53,896 nt of DNA from a virus. Lineage: Duplodnaviria; Caudoviricetes. The notes under the pieces were generated by a model. The model did not search any database. It had not been told where the DNA came from and was given only the letters and a program-made list of their open reading frames with translations. Location of the stretch: positions 1 to 53,896 of the IMG/VR virus record IMGVR_UViG_3300032242_002545; one strand, written 5' to 3'. The translations under genes were made by a program, and so were the position numbers. Shown here piece after piece: positions 19,991 to 28,896 of the stretch; within the stretch, counting starts at the first letter, position 1; each line of letters begins with the position of its first letter.

Positions 19991-20620
19991 ATGAAATCAT
20001 TGTTAATCCAAGCAAACGGTAATAATATTCGTCTAGGTAAATATTTCAAACAACCTAAATATGAATTATATTACAATAATGAAAAGATAATAAACACAAT
20101 CATATCTAATGCTTATAGCTGTGTTGATAAAATATTTGTTGCTATTAGAAAAGATTTTGAGATTAAATTCGATACCTCAAAAGTGACAATAATACCCTGC
20201 GAACAAACAACTAGTAGATTAGATACGCTAAAACAATGTTTTCCTAATTTAAAAGAGTTTGAAACAACTATAATCCATGATTGTGATACGATTATAGAAC
20301 CTTATGTTTTAGGTAAATTAAACTATGATTCTTTAGCCATAACTAATTATAAATTAGATGGCTTAAAATATGGTTTTGTTGAGCTAGACCAAAACTTTAA
20401 TTATATTAAAGGTAATGAAAAAGAATATGAAACTGGTCACATTGCTATAGGTGCTTATTCTGTCGTTAATAAATTTTTTTGTGAATACCTAGAAAACGCA
20501 AGTGAAGAAAGTTTGTTATCATACTATAATCAAACTAAAAATGTTAACGTAATATATTCTAAAAATCACACCAATTTAGGTGATATTAATTCTTATATAG
20601 ATAATTTATGGTTGTTGTAA
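19991..20620 (+). CDS. Nucleotidyltransferase-family protein (sugar-phosphate or LicC-like), divergent
   Basis: LIQANG..IRL....PKYEL, IIHDCD, KYGFV and LGD motifs. Confidence 0.65.
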   Translation: MKSLLIQANGNNIRLGKYFKQPKYELYYNNEKIINTIISNAYSCVDKIFVAIRKDFEIKFDTSKVTIIPCEQTTSRLDTLKQCFPNLKEFETTIIHDCDTIIEPYVLGKLNYDSLAITNYKLDGLKYGFVELDQNFNYIKGNEKEYETGHIAIGAYSVVNKFFCEYLENASEESLLSYYNQTKNVNVIYSKNHTNLGDINSYIDNLWLL

Positions 20621-21597
20621 TTGATTTTGACGGTACGTTAGCTCTAGGGGATACAGCTAATATCAATACCATGGTATTAAATATTAAATTAGCTTCATTG
20701 ATTAATAAAATGTATGATGATGGTAACTATATAAAAATAGTTACCGCTAGAGGTTCAAAATCTTGTCAAACATTTTTAGAAAGAGAGGAAAAATATAAGG
20801 AAATAATCACTAATTGGTTAGTTAGTAATAATGTCAAATTTAATGAATTATCGTTTAATAAAGAATATGGTGATGTTTATATTGATGATAGATGCTACAA
20901 CATTAAGGGGGATATTGAATACAAAAAATTAGATTCTAAATTTACAACGAATAAAGTTAGACGAATTAATGATTGTGTAATTAAAAATACCGATAACGTT
21001 AAAAATGAATATAGTTGGTATTCCAAAGCAATTGAAATAGGTTTAAATGTTCCTATCGTATTAAGTTATGATACTGATACTATTACTACTAGTTATATTA
21101 ATGGTGTTAGTTGTGATAAGGTAGAATTACTAATTAACACCTTACGAAAATTTAAAAATACAAAATCAACAAATAAAGTAAACTTTAACACTTATATTGA
21201 AAGGATACAAAAACACATATATAATAATCGCTTAATCAAAAATGGTGATAAGTTAATTGCTAAATTAAACACCATAAATCCTTACAATACCTTCAACCAC
21301 GGCGATTTTTCAACTCATAATCAAATTATGTATGATAATAAACTATTTTTAATCGACCCAATATATTCAGAAGATATATATCAATCATACATAATTGATG
21401 CTGCAAAACATTTATTTAGTGTTTTATACTATGATTTAGACTATAATTTTTTTAACTTATGTTATAATGAATATATCATAAATTTAGACATAACAGATAA
21501 AGAGTTAGATATATTGATAGCTTGTGAATCAATAAGAGTTTCAAATAGGAAAAAACAATTAACAGATATTACAAATAATTTAATCGATGTGTTATGA
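20608..21597 (+). CDS. Fusion of a HAD-family (capsule-biosynthesis-type) phosphatase and an APH/choline-kinase-like domain
   Basis: N-terminal IDFDGTL, VTARG and YIDDR; C-terminal NHGDFS and LIDP. Confidence 0.8.
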   Translation: MVVVIDFDGTLALGDTANINTMVLNIKLASLINKMYDDGNYIKIVTARGSKSCQTFLEREEKYKEIITNWLVSNNVKFNELSFNKEYGDVYIDDRCYNIKGDIEYKKLDSKFTTNKVRRINDCVIKNTDNVKNEYSWYSKAIEIGLNVPIVLSYDTDTITTSYINGVSCDKVELLINTLRKFKNTKSTNKVNFNTYIERIQKHIYNNRLIKNGDKLIAKLNTINPYNTFNHGDFSTHNQIMYDNKLFLIDPIYSEDIYQSYIIDAAKHLFSVLYYDLDYNFFNLCYNEYIINLDITDKELDILIACESIRVSNRKKQLTDITNNLIDVL

Positions 21598-22268
21598 AAA
21601 AAATGATAGTTATTACGTGCCGAAATTCTAACATAAATTATATAACAAATTGTGTTAAAAGCATTAGAGATTCAGGTAATAAAGAAATTATCTGCATTGT
21701 TGATAGTGGTTCGCCAGATAAAAGTTATTTTAAAGAAATAGAACCATACAATGTAATAATAGAGGATATAAATAATCAAAATTATGTTGATGGGGCTATA
21801 TGGTATTGCTATGAAAAATATACGGATATTGAATTTTTTTATTTTATTCATGATAGTATGATAATAAATAAAAATTTAACACCTATTAGTAATAATGATT
21901 TGACTGTTTTTAGTTATTTTGAAGGTTTACCATTTGACTCTGAAGCTCAATTAATTTATAGCCTAGATAAAATAAATTCAGTATCATTAGATATTAGTGA
22001 TGTTATATTAAATTCGTTAGCTGGCTTATTTGGTACTAGTTTTTATTGTAAGCGAAAAATATTAGACGAACTAAAAAGATTAGGTTTAAATAAAATTTTA
22101 CCAACAAATAAATTAGAAGCTTGTGCCAGTGAAAGAATATGGGCAATATTTCTATATAAATTAGGTATCGATATTAGAATAAATAATTTACGCACATTCA
22201 TAAATCAAAACACTGAGTTCGATAACAAAACAAACTATATAACAAAAATATTTGCTGGTAGAAGTTAA
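21594..22268 (+). CDS. Glycosyltransferase-like protein (GT-A)
   Basis: IVDSGS, FIHDS and ACASERIW motifs. Confidence 0.6.
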   Translation: MKKMIVITCRNSNINYITNCVKSIRDSGNKEIICIVDSGSPDKSYFKEIEPYNVIIEDINNQNYVDGAIWYCYEKYTDIEFFYFIHDSMIINKNLTPISNNDLTVFSYFEGLPFDSEAQLIYSLDKINSVSLDISDVILNSLAGLFGTSFYCKRKILDELKRLGLNKILPTNKLEACASERIWAIFLYKLGIDIRINNLRTFINQNTEFDNKTNYITKIFAGRS

Positions 22269-22269
22269 A

Positions 22270-23073
22270 ATGGATAAAATAAAAATAAACATGATTGGCG
22301 GTGGTTTCCAACACAGTATATCTACTAATGACATACCACCTAAATTTATTGAATGGGTTAAAGACGGTTCAGCTCCATTATCAATACATATTGATAATGG
22401 TTTATTTACCCCAACAAACCCAAATACTAAAAACTATGGGTGGCTATGTGAATCTAAAACAATAATACCTAACATTTATTCTTGGGCTAGTAATAATATT
22501 AATACGCTTAAGTCTAATTTTATTAAGGTATTCACACATGATGTAGAATTATCTAAACTATCAGATGCTTTTCAATTAACACAATGTAGTGCTAAATCAT
22601 ATTTTACTAATGGGAAAGTATACCCAAAAAATAAATTAGTATCGATGGTAGCGTCAAATAAAACAATGTGTTTTGAACATGTTTATAGACAAGAAATCAT
22701 TAGAAAATTTTCTGATAAATGCGACCATTTTGGTAGAGGATATAGACCAATAGAAAATAAGGAAGACGCATTAATAGATTATTGTTTTTCTATTGTTATG
22801 GAAAACGCAACTTATGCAAATATGTTCACTGAAAAAATAACAGATTGTTTTATGACTGGAACGATTCCAATTTATTATGGTATTGCAAATATTGGTGATT
22901 ATTTTGATACAAACGGGGTTATCATTTTAAATGATGACTTTAAAATTGAAGATTTATCTGTTGAACTATATGAATCAAAACTTAAATCGGTAAAAAAAAA
23001 TCTACAATTAGCTATTGATTTATTGTCGGCAGAAGATTATATTTATAACAACTTTATTAAAACAAAAATATAA
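22270..23073 (+). CDS. Alpha-1,3/1,4-fucosyltransferase-like (GT10)
   Basis: YCFSIVMEN...FTEKITDCFMTGTIPIYYG; likely start is MDKIK at 22270. Confidence 0.85.
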   Translation: MDKIKINMIGGGFQHSISTNDIPPKFIEWVKDGSAPLSIHIDNGLFTPTNPNTKNYGWLCESKTIIPNIYSWASNNINTLKSNFIKVFTHDVELSKLSDAFQLTQCSAKSYFTNGKVYPKNKLVSMVASNKTMCFEHVYRQEIIRKFSDKCDHFGRGYRPIENKEDALIDYCFSIVMENATYANMFTEKITDCFMTGTIPIYYGIANIGDYFDTNGVIILNDDFKIEDLSVELYESKLKSVKKNLQLAIDLLSAEDYIYNNFIKTKI

Positions 23074-23075
23074 AT

Positions 23076-23678
23076 ATGTCATTTGAAATTATTAGTGAAT
23101 TTGAAAAAAAAATTGCAGAATTTTTTGGTTCTCCTTATGCTATAGCTGTGGACAGTTGTACTCATGGTATTGAGTTATGTTTAAGGTATACTAAAGAAAC
23201 TAAAATAAGTGTACCAAAAAGAACATATTTGTCGGTACCATTTTTAGCGGAAAAAATGGGTTTAGAAAGAGAATGGAGAGATGAAGAATGGGAGGATTAT
23301 TATACACTTAACTATGGTGATAAAAAAATAATAGACGCTGCCGTTCTTTGGCAAAAAAATAGCTACATACCAAATACATTTATGTGCATTAGTTTTCAAT
23401 ATCAAAAACACCTTTCATTAGGTAGAGGTGGTGTTATTTTATTAGATAATGAAGATGACTTTATAACGTTAAAAAAAATGTCTTATGATGGTAGGTTACC
23501 TATCATACCATGGAGAGAACAAAATATTGACACTATTGGTTATCATTATTATATGACACCTGAAACCGCAAAATTAGGGTTAGAAAAAATAAAACAAGCA
23601 ATTGAGACAACACCTAGAAAATGGTTAGTTACCGATTGGCCAGACTTAACTAAAATGGAAATTTTTAACAAAAAATAA
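23076..23678 (+). CDS. Short DegT/DnrJ/EryC1/StrS-family PLP-dependent enzyme
   Basis: FEKKIAEFFGSPYAIAVDSCT, IIDAA and SFQYQKHLSLGRGG (PLP lysine); only 200 aa. Confidence 0.8.
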   Translation: MSFEIISEFEKKIAEFFGSPYAIAVDSCTHGIELCLRYTKETKISVPKRTYLSVPFLAEKMGLEREWRDEEWEDYYTLNYGDKKIIDAAVLWQKNSYIPNTFMCISFQYQKHLSLGRGGVILLDNEDDFITLKKMSYDGRLPIIPWREQNIDTIGYHYYMTPETAKLGLEKIKQAIETTPRKWLVTDWPDLTKMEIFNKK

Positions 23679-23682
23679 AAAA

Positions 23683-24675
23683 ATGGAAAACAATAAAATA
23701 AAAAAAGCGTTTATTACAGGTATAAACGGTCAAGATGGCTCTTATTTAGCCGAATACTTATTAAGCTTAGGTTATGAAGTTCACGGTATTATAAGAAGGA
23801 ATTCAAATGTTGAAACACAACAAGATAGGTTTTCAGAAGAAGTTAGAAATTCATTACATATTCACTATGGTGATTTGTTAGACCAAGGTGGCTTAGAAAA
23901 ACTTTTGGATGCTATTCAACCAGATGAAATATATAACTTAGCAGCGCAAAGTCATGTTAGAATTAGTTTTGACATACCACAATTTACTGTTCAAACAAAT
24001 GCGTTAGGCATTTTAAACATACTGGAGGCTTACAGACGCTCATGCCCTAATGCTAGATTTTACCAAGCAAGTTCATCCGAAATGTTTGGTAATTCAGTAG
24101 ATGCCGATGGTTTTCAAAGAGAGACAACCCCAATGAATCCTGTTAGCCCATATGGTTGTTCAAAAGTTTTTGGGTATAATATTGTTAGAAACTACAGAAA
24201 TTCTTATAATTTACATGCTTGTAACGGCATATTATTTAACCACGAATCGCCTAGAAGAGGTTCAAATTTTGTTACCAATAAAGTTGTGAAAACAGCTGTT
24301 CAAATTAAATTAGGTTTAGCTGACAAATTAGTATTGGGAAATATGGATTCATATAGAGACTGGGGACACTCAAAAGACTATGTTAAAGCTATGCATTTAA
24401 TAATAAATCACGACAAGCCAGATGATTTTGTCGTATCAACTATGACTACTCACTCTGTTAGAGAAATGGTTGAATATGTGTTTAAAAAATTAGATTTAGA
24501 CTACACTAAATATGTCTCTCAAGATGAAAAATTTTTGCGACCAGAAGAACTTAAATATCTAAAAGGAGACTCAACAAAAATTAGGGAAACCCTAGGCTGG
24601 AAACCAGAATATACTTTTGAAACTCTGATGGATGATATGATTGATGGTTGGCTTAAAAGGTTTACAGAAAAATAA
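23683..24675 (+). CDS. gmd: GDP-mannose 4,6-dehydratase
   Basis: ITGINGQDGSYLAE, YNLAAQSHV, QASSSE, PYGCSK, LFNHESPRRG and RDWGH motifs. Confidence 0.97.
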   Translation: MENNKIKKAFITGINGQDGSYLAEYLLSLGYEVHGIIRRNSNVETQQDRFSEEVRNSLHIHYGDLLDQGGLEKLLDAIQPDEIYNLAAQSHVRISFDIPQFTVQTNALGILNILEAYRRSCPNARFYQASSSEMFGNSVDADGFQRETTPMNPVSPYGCSKVFGYNIVRNYRNSYNLHACNGILFNHESPRRGSNFVTNKVVKTAVQIKLGLADKLVLGNMDSYRDWGHSKDYVKAMHLIINHDKPDDFVVSTMTTHSVREMVEYVFKKLDLDYTKYVSQDEKFLRPEELKYLKGDSTKIRETLGWKPEYTFETLMDDMIDGWLKRFTEK

Positions 24676-24679
24676 TTTT

Positions 24680-24775
24680 TTAGAACATATTAATAAACAT
24701 GAGGTTACGTCAGTTTAACCTTATGGTGATGGGTATTCAGCAATAAAAATTTGTGAAATATTAAAACGATTCTAA
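24680..24775 (+). pseudogene. C-terminal remnant of a UDP-GlcNAc 2-epimerase (WecB/NeuC-like) gene
   Basis: Translates LEHINKHEVTSV*PYGDGYSAIKICEILKRF*; PYGDGxSxxxIxEIL is the typical epimerase C-terminus. Confidence 0.65.
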
Positions 24776-24784
24776 AATACTAGG

Positions 24785-24793
24785 ATATTTATA
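24785..24793 (+). promoter_or_regulatory. Putative late promoter ATATTTATA
   Basis: 13 nt upstream of the phoH ATG. Confidence 0.6.
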
Positions 24794-24806
24794 TATAAAC
24801 GATTGA

Positions 24807-25559
24807 ATGGCGAAAAAACCTGTTACCAGAAAAAGGAAAAAAACCGTAGAAGAAGAGGAATTGCTAGTTAAAGAAATCTTCGAAGGATTTAGCTCTGATA
24901 TTTTATCATCTATCAAGATTGATATCAAACACAAAAACGAAACTCAAAAAAAACTCACAAACTCAATCAAGCTCAACGATGTTACGATATGTACTGGTCC
25001 AGCTGGTACAGGAAAAACCCTTCTTAGCGTAGCAGAGGCCTTGCTCTTGCTTAAGACCTATCCCAAGAAATACAAAAAGATTCAGTTATCAAAGTCTGTA
25101 ACGCAGCTTAGAAACGAAGAATTGGGTATACTACCAGGCGATGAGAAAGAAAAGCTTAAGTTCTACATGATGTCCTACATGGATGCTTTTTATAAGCTAA
25201 TAGGTAAGGCTAAAACAGAAAAGCTTATCGAAGCTGGTCTTATAGAATTTGAAGTATTCGGTCAAATACGTGGTAGGTCTTGGGAAAACTCTATCTTATT
25301 GGTAGACGAATTCCAGAACATCACCAAAGACAACGCTAAGACATTCTTAACAAGGTTTTCTGAAGACACCAAAACAATTGTGTTGGGTGATAGCGGTCAG
25401 ATAGACCTTAAAAACAAAAGCGATAGTGCTCTATCGTTCTTGGTTAAGAGGGTTAAAGAAATGCCAGAAGAAGGTGTTGACGTGGTAGAATTTGACGAAT
25501 CGGATATCGTAAGACATAGACTTACCAGCTATTTCATTAACATTTTTAAAGAAGACTAA
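24807..25559 (+). CDS. phoH: PhoH-family ATPase
   Basis: GPAGTGKT, LGILPGD, IRGRSW, VDEFQN, LGDSGQID and DIVRH motifs. Confidence 0.93.
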   Translation: MAKKPVTRKRKKTVEEEELLVKEIFEGFSSDILSSIKIDIKHKNETQKKLTNSIKLNDVTICTGPAGTGKTLLSVAEALLLLKTYPKKYKKIQLSKSVTQLRNEELGILPGDEKEKLKFYMMSYMDAFYKLIGKAKTEKLIEAGLIEFEVFGQIRGRSWENSILLVDEFQNITKDNAKTFLTRFSEDTKTIVLGDSGQIDLKNKSDSALSFLVKRVKEMPEEGVDVVEFDESDIVRHRLTSYFINIFKED

Positions 25560-25587
25560 TTTTTTTTAGTCTATTACATATTTTTAC

Positions 25588-25643
25588 TTTACTTATAGAT
25601 ATTTAACCGTTAGATTGGTTTTATGAAAATAGGTATAAGTTTA
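25588..25643 (+). pseudogene. Orphaned promoter and 7-codon stub (MKIGISL) of the gene now at 26760
   Basis: TTTACT-17-TAGATT, then ATG AAA ATA GGT ATA AGT TTA (25623-25643), paralleling MARIGITL at 26760. Confidence 0.6.
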
Positions 25644-26648
25644 TTTTCTTTTAAGATGTTTTATAAGATAATCTTTATTAACCCTTTTAATGTGTTTGTA
25701 AAGTTGTAATTCATTTTTTCTAAAATCTGTTAGATTATCATACTTTTGTACAACAGAATTTATATACTCATTGGAATAGCCTAATTTATTTAATTTTTTA
25801 TCTTTCATATGATTAGTAGCTATATCTATAATCTTTAGTTTATTAAGTTTTTTATAAATTGCCAATTCTTTTTCTTTAAAATCTTTAAAACTATCATAGG
25901 ATTTAGCCACCTCAATTAATTCTTCTCTATTATATAGTTTTTTATAAATGTTATTAATTACACATTCTTCAACATCTTCTTTAGTTATTTTATTTTTGGT
26001 GTGATTATTTATTATTTTTAATTTATCAATTAGTTGTTTTTTAATATCGGCCTCGTAATTTCTACTATTATTTATTTCATGAATATAAATTATTTTAATA
26101 CCTTTTTTATCGGCTAATTTTTTTTTTATTTTATCGTTTTTATTGTTTACGTGCCAAGCAATACCTTGAAATTCAAAACCTAAATTAATATCTTCATAGA
26201 ATATGTCTATTTCATATGGTTTAAGAATTTTACGGTTGTTATACGTAGATGGTACTTTAATAATTTTGTCTGTTATTTCTCTAAGAATAAGTTGTGGTAT
26301 ACTAAATTTAATAACTGTCATATGAGAACATATGTTGGATAAAAAACCCTTTAATCTAGCAGCTTGGTAGGCTGGACCATCATTCTGAATAAAATCAATT
26401 TTTGTTTTATATTTACTAGCTATTTTTTTTAACACATCATAAGTCAGACATCTACCACCTTTTGCTAGTTTACCCTTAACCCCAAGATTATTTCTATTAT
26501 CTAACAATTCTTTTGATTTAATCAATCCTAACCTATATCCTTTATTATCTATTTGTGATTTAGTCTTACACATAATTGTAGCTATTTCATTGTTGAATTT
26601 ATTTGGGTATAAATTGGTTAATATTTTTTCTTCTTGTTTAGTCCACAT
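25641..26648 (-). mobile_element. Free-standing putative homing endonuclease (PD-(D/E)xK, Vsr/Hef-like) with HTH-like and repeated helical DNA-binding modules
   Basis: NRKILKPYEIDIFYEDINLGFEFQGIAWH; N-terminal WTKQEE..L...Y HTH-like segment; three xxKY..xxDF repeats. Lies opposite to its neighbours, is very AT-rich and has a late motif at 26667-26675. Confidence 0.7.
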
Positions 26649-26714
26649 AAGTCTCCGTTTGTTTCTAATAAATATATCGTATTTTCATAAAAAATAAATA
26701 TTGATGATAAAAAG

Positions 26715-26744
26715 TTTACAAAGTTACAAAAAACATTACGTTTG
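26715..26744 (+). promoter_or_regulatory. Putative host-sigma promoter with TAnnTTTG
   Basis: TTTACA-16 nt-TACGTTTG upstream of 26760. Confidence 0.5.
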
Positions 26745-26759
26745 TTAAAATGATTATTA

Positions 26760-27371
26760 ATGGCTAGAATAGGAATTACATTAAACGAAGTATTACGTGA
26801 CTTTTTAAGTCAATTTGCGTACACATACGACAAGTATGTTGAAAAGACAGATATCGAAGTAAAAGATATCACTAGCTTTAATTTAATGGATTCATTTCAT
26901 TTTGATAGCATAGATAAGCTAAACTCATTTATGTTTTTGGAGGCACCTCTTGAAATATTCGGACATGCCGACCAAATGTATGATGGTTTGATGAACAGTC
27001 TAAATCAATTCTTATCTGACATAGAATATGACGGAGAACATGAAATAGAGTTGGTAAGCCGCGAAGTAAACAAGGCAATCCCATCAACGCTATTCTTTTT
27101 ATCTAAGACAGGATGCAGAGCTGAAAAAATTCGCTTTGTAAAGAAATATGAAGACAAATGGGATGGTCTGGATGTTCTTATCACCGCTAACCCAAAAGTC
27201 CTTGAATCCAAGCCTAAAGACAAAATAAGCATAAAGATAAACGCACCTTATAACAAGGATGCTAAGGCCGACTACGAACTTGATTCTATCTTGGAATTTT
27301 TCAAAAATGAAGAGCTTAGAAAAAAGATGCTAGTCAAAACAATAACAGCAACATACGAAGAAATTAATTAA
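26760..27371 (+). CDS. 5'(3')-deoxyribonucleotidase-like HAD-fold protein with degenerate motif I
   Basis: IGITLNEVLRDF in place of IxIDxDGVLxDF; C-terminal INAPYN. Confidence 0.6.
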   Translation: MARIGITLNEVLRDFLSQFAYTYDKYVEKTDIEVKDITSFNLMDSFHFDSIDKLNSFMFLEAPLEIFGHADQMYDGLMNSLNQFLSDIEYDGEHEIELVSREVNKAIPSTLFFLSKTGCRAEKIRFVKKYEDKWDGLDVLITANPKVLESKPKDKISIKINAPYNKDAKADYELDSILEFFKNEELRKKMLVKTITATYEEIN

Positions 27372-27372
27372 C

Positions 27373-27726
27373 ATGCTAGAATTTGGAGGAACAATTTATT
27401 ACTTGGATTTATCAGCTTTCGATAAAACAGTAGAACCATTTGGTAACAAACCTACCGACACACTCATAACAAACGAAACAAAGGTCACAAAAGACGCTAA
27501 CGGTTTGATTACTGGAATAGAAGAACTAACACACAGTCATGCAAGAGGTAAAGAATTAGACCCAGCAAGATTTGACATAATAAAAACAATGATTGACGTT
27601 GTATTGGATTTTGAAGATGACGGCGATTCATCACTTGGTGTTGACAGAGCACTTGAATCAGCTCCACTATCCTTTAAACTCGCATTTAATACACTATATA
27701 ATTACGGAATCCTAAAAGAAAAATAA
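27373..27726 (+). CDS. Hypothetical protein
   Basis: 117-aa ORF tightly packed in the operon. Confidence 0.75.
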   Translation: MLEFGGTIYYLDLSAFDKTVEPFGNKPTDTLITNETKVTKDANGLITGIEELTHSHARGKELDPARFDIIKTMIDVVLDFEDDGDSSLGVDRALESAPLSFKLAFNTLYNYGILKEK

Positions 27727-27727
27727 A

Positions 27728-28888
27728 ATGGAAGACAAATACAAACAATTTACTGACCAAATAGAACAAGGTAATAAAGTCATCGAAAAGCTTAACGCTA
27801 AAGACTTCACCATCTATTTCTTCACCCTTGACACCAAGGGTAACCCAACAGCAGGTATCGCTACTATCTACGAACACGTTAAGGTGCTAACTGAATTGGG
27901 CTACAAAGCAGCTATTCTTCATGAAAAGAATGACTACAGACTAAGAGCTAACGAAAATGGACAAGGTATTGCTGATTGGCTAGGCGAAGAATACGCTAGC
28001 CTTCCACACGTATCTATCGAAGGTCAACAACTTAATGTTGGTCCTTACGATACTATCGTTGTACCAGAAATATTTTCGAACATTATGGACCAACTTAAGG
28101 GTTTCCCTTGCAAGAGAGTTGTTCTATCACAGAGCTATGATTATCTTTTGGATTTGCTACCAATTGGCAAAAGATGGAGTACAGACTTCGGCATCTATGA
28201 TGTTATTACAACAAGCGACAGACAAGCAAGATATCTTTCTAGTCTTTTCCCTAACATGAGAACACATGTGGTTCCAGTTTCAATCCCAACATACTTCAAG
28301 CCTAGCGATAAACCAAAGATGCCAGTGGTATCGATACTTACAAGAAACCAAGGTGATGCCGCTAAGATTGCTAAGTCTTTCTATCTTCAATTTCCTATGT
28401 ATAAATGGATTACCTTTAAAGAACTTAGAGGTATTTCAAGAGAAACATTTGCAAGCGAATTGGCTAAGTCTTGCTTAGCGGTTTGGATTGATGACCAAGC
28501 TGGCTTTGGTACGTTCCCAGTCGAAGCTATGGAGTGTGGTACGCCAGTAATAGGTAAGATACCTAATATGGTTCCAGAATGGATGGAAGATAAAGATACC
28601 GATGGAAATCCAGTTATAAAAGGTAATGGTGTTTGGACCAACACAACACTTAATATTCCAGAACTTGTAGCGACTTATATGAAGTTGTGGTTTGAAGACT
28701 CTATCCCTTCTGAGATAATTGAAGGTATGAAGGATACTACAGGTAGATACACCCCAGAAAAACAAAAAGAAAAAGTGTCTGAAGTTTACGGAACACTTAC
28801 ACAAATAAGAATTAGCGAAGTTCAAACTCTTGTTTCTAACCTAGAGGCACAACTTGAAGAAGCTAAGGCAACACCAATAACTCAATAA
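27728..28888 (+). CDS. Glycosyltransferase, GT-B fold (GT4-like)
   Basis: IVVPEIF and AGFGTFPVEAMECGTPVIG motifs. Confidence 0.8.
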   Translation: MEDKYKQFTDQIEQGNKVIEKLNAKDFTIYFFTLDTKGNPTAGIATIYEHVKVLTELGYKAAILHEKNDYRLRANENGQGIADWLGEEYASLPHVSIEGQQLNVGPYDTIVVPEIFSNIMDQLKGFPCKRVVLSQSYDYLLDLLPIGKRWSTDFGIYDVITTSDRQARYLSSLFPNMRTHVVPVSIPTYFKPSDKPKMPVVSILTRNQGDAAKIAKSFYLQFPMYKWITFKELRGISRETFASELAKSCLAVWIDDQAGFGTFPVEAMECGTPVIGKIPNMVPEWMEDKDTDGNPVIKGNGVWTNTTLNIPELVATYMKLWFEDSIPSEIIEGMKDTTGRYTPEKQKEKVSEVYGTLTQIRISEVQTLVSNLEAQLEEAKATPITQ

Positions 28889-28896
28889 TATACACT

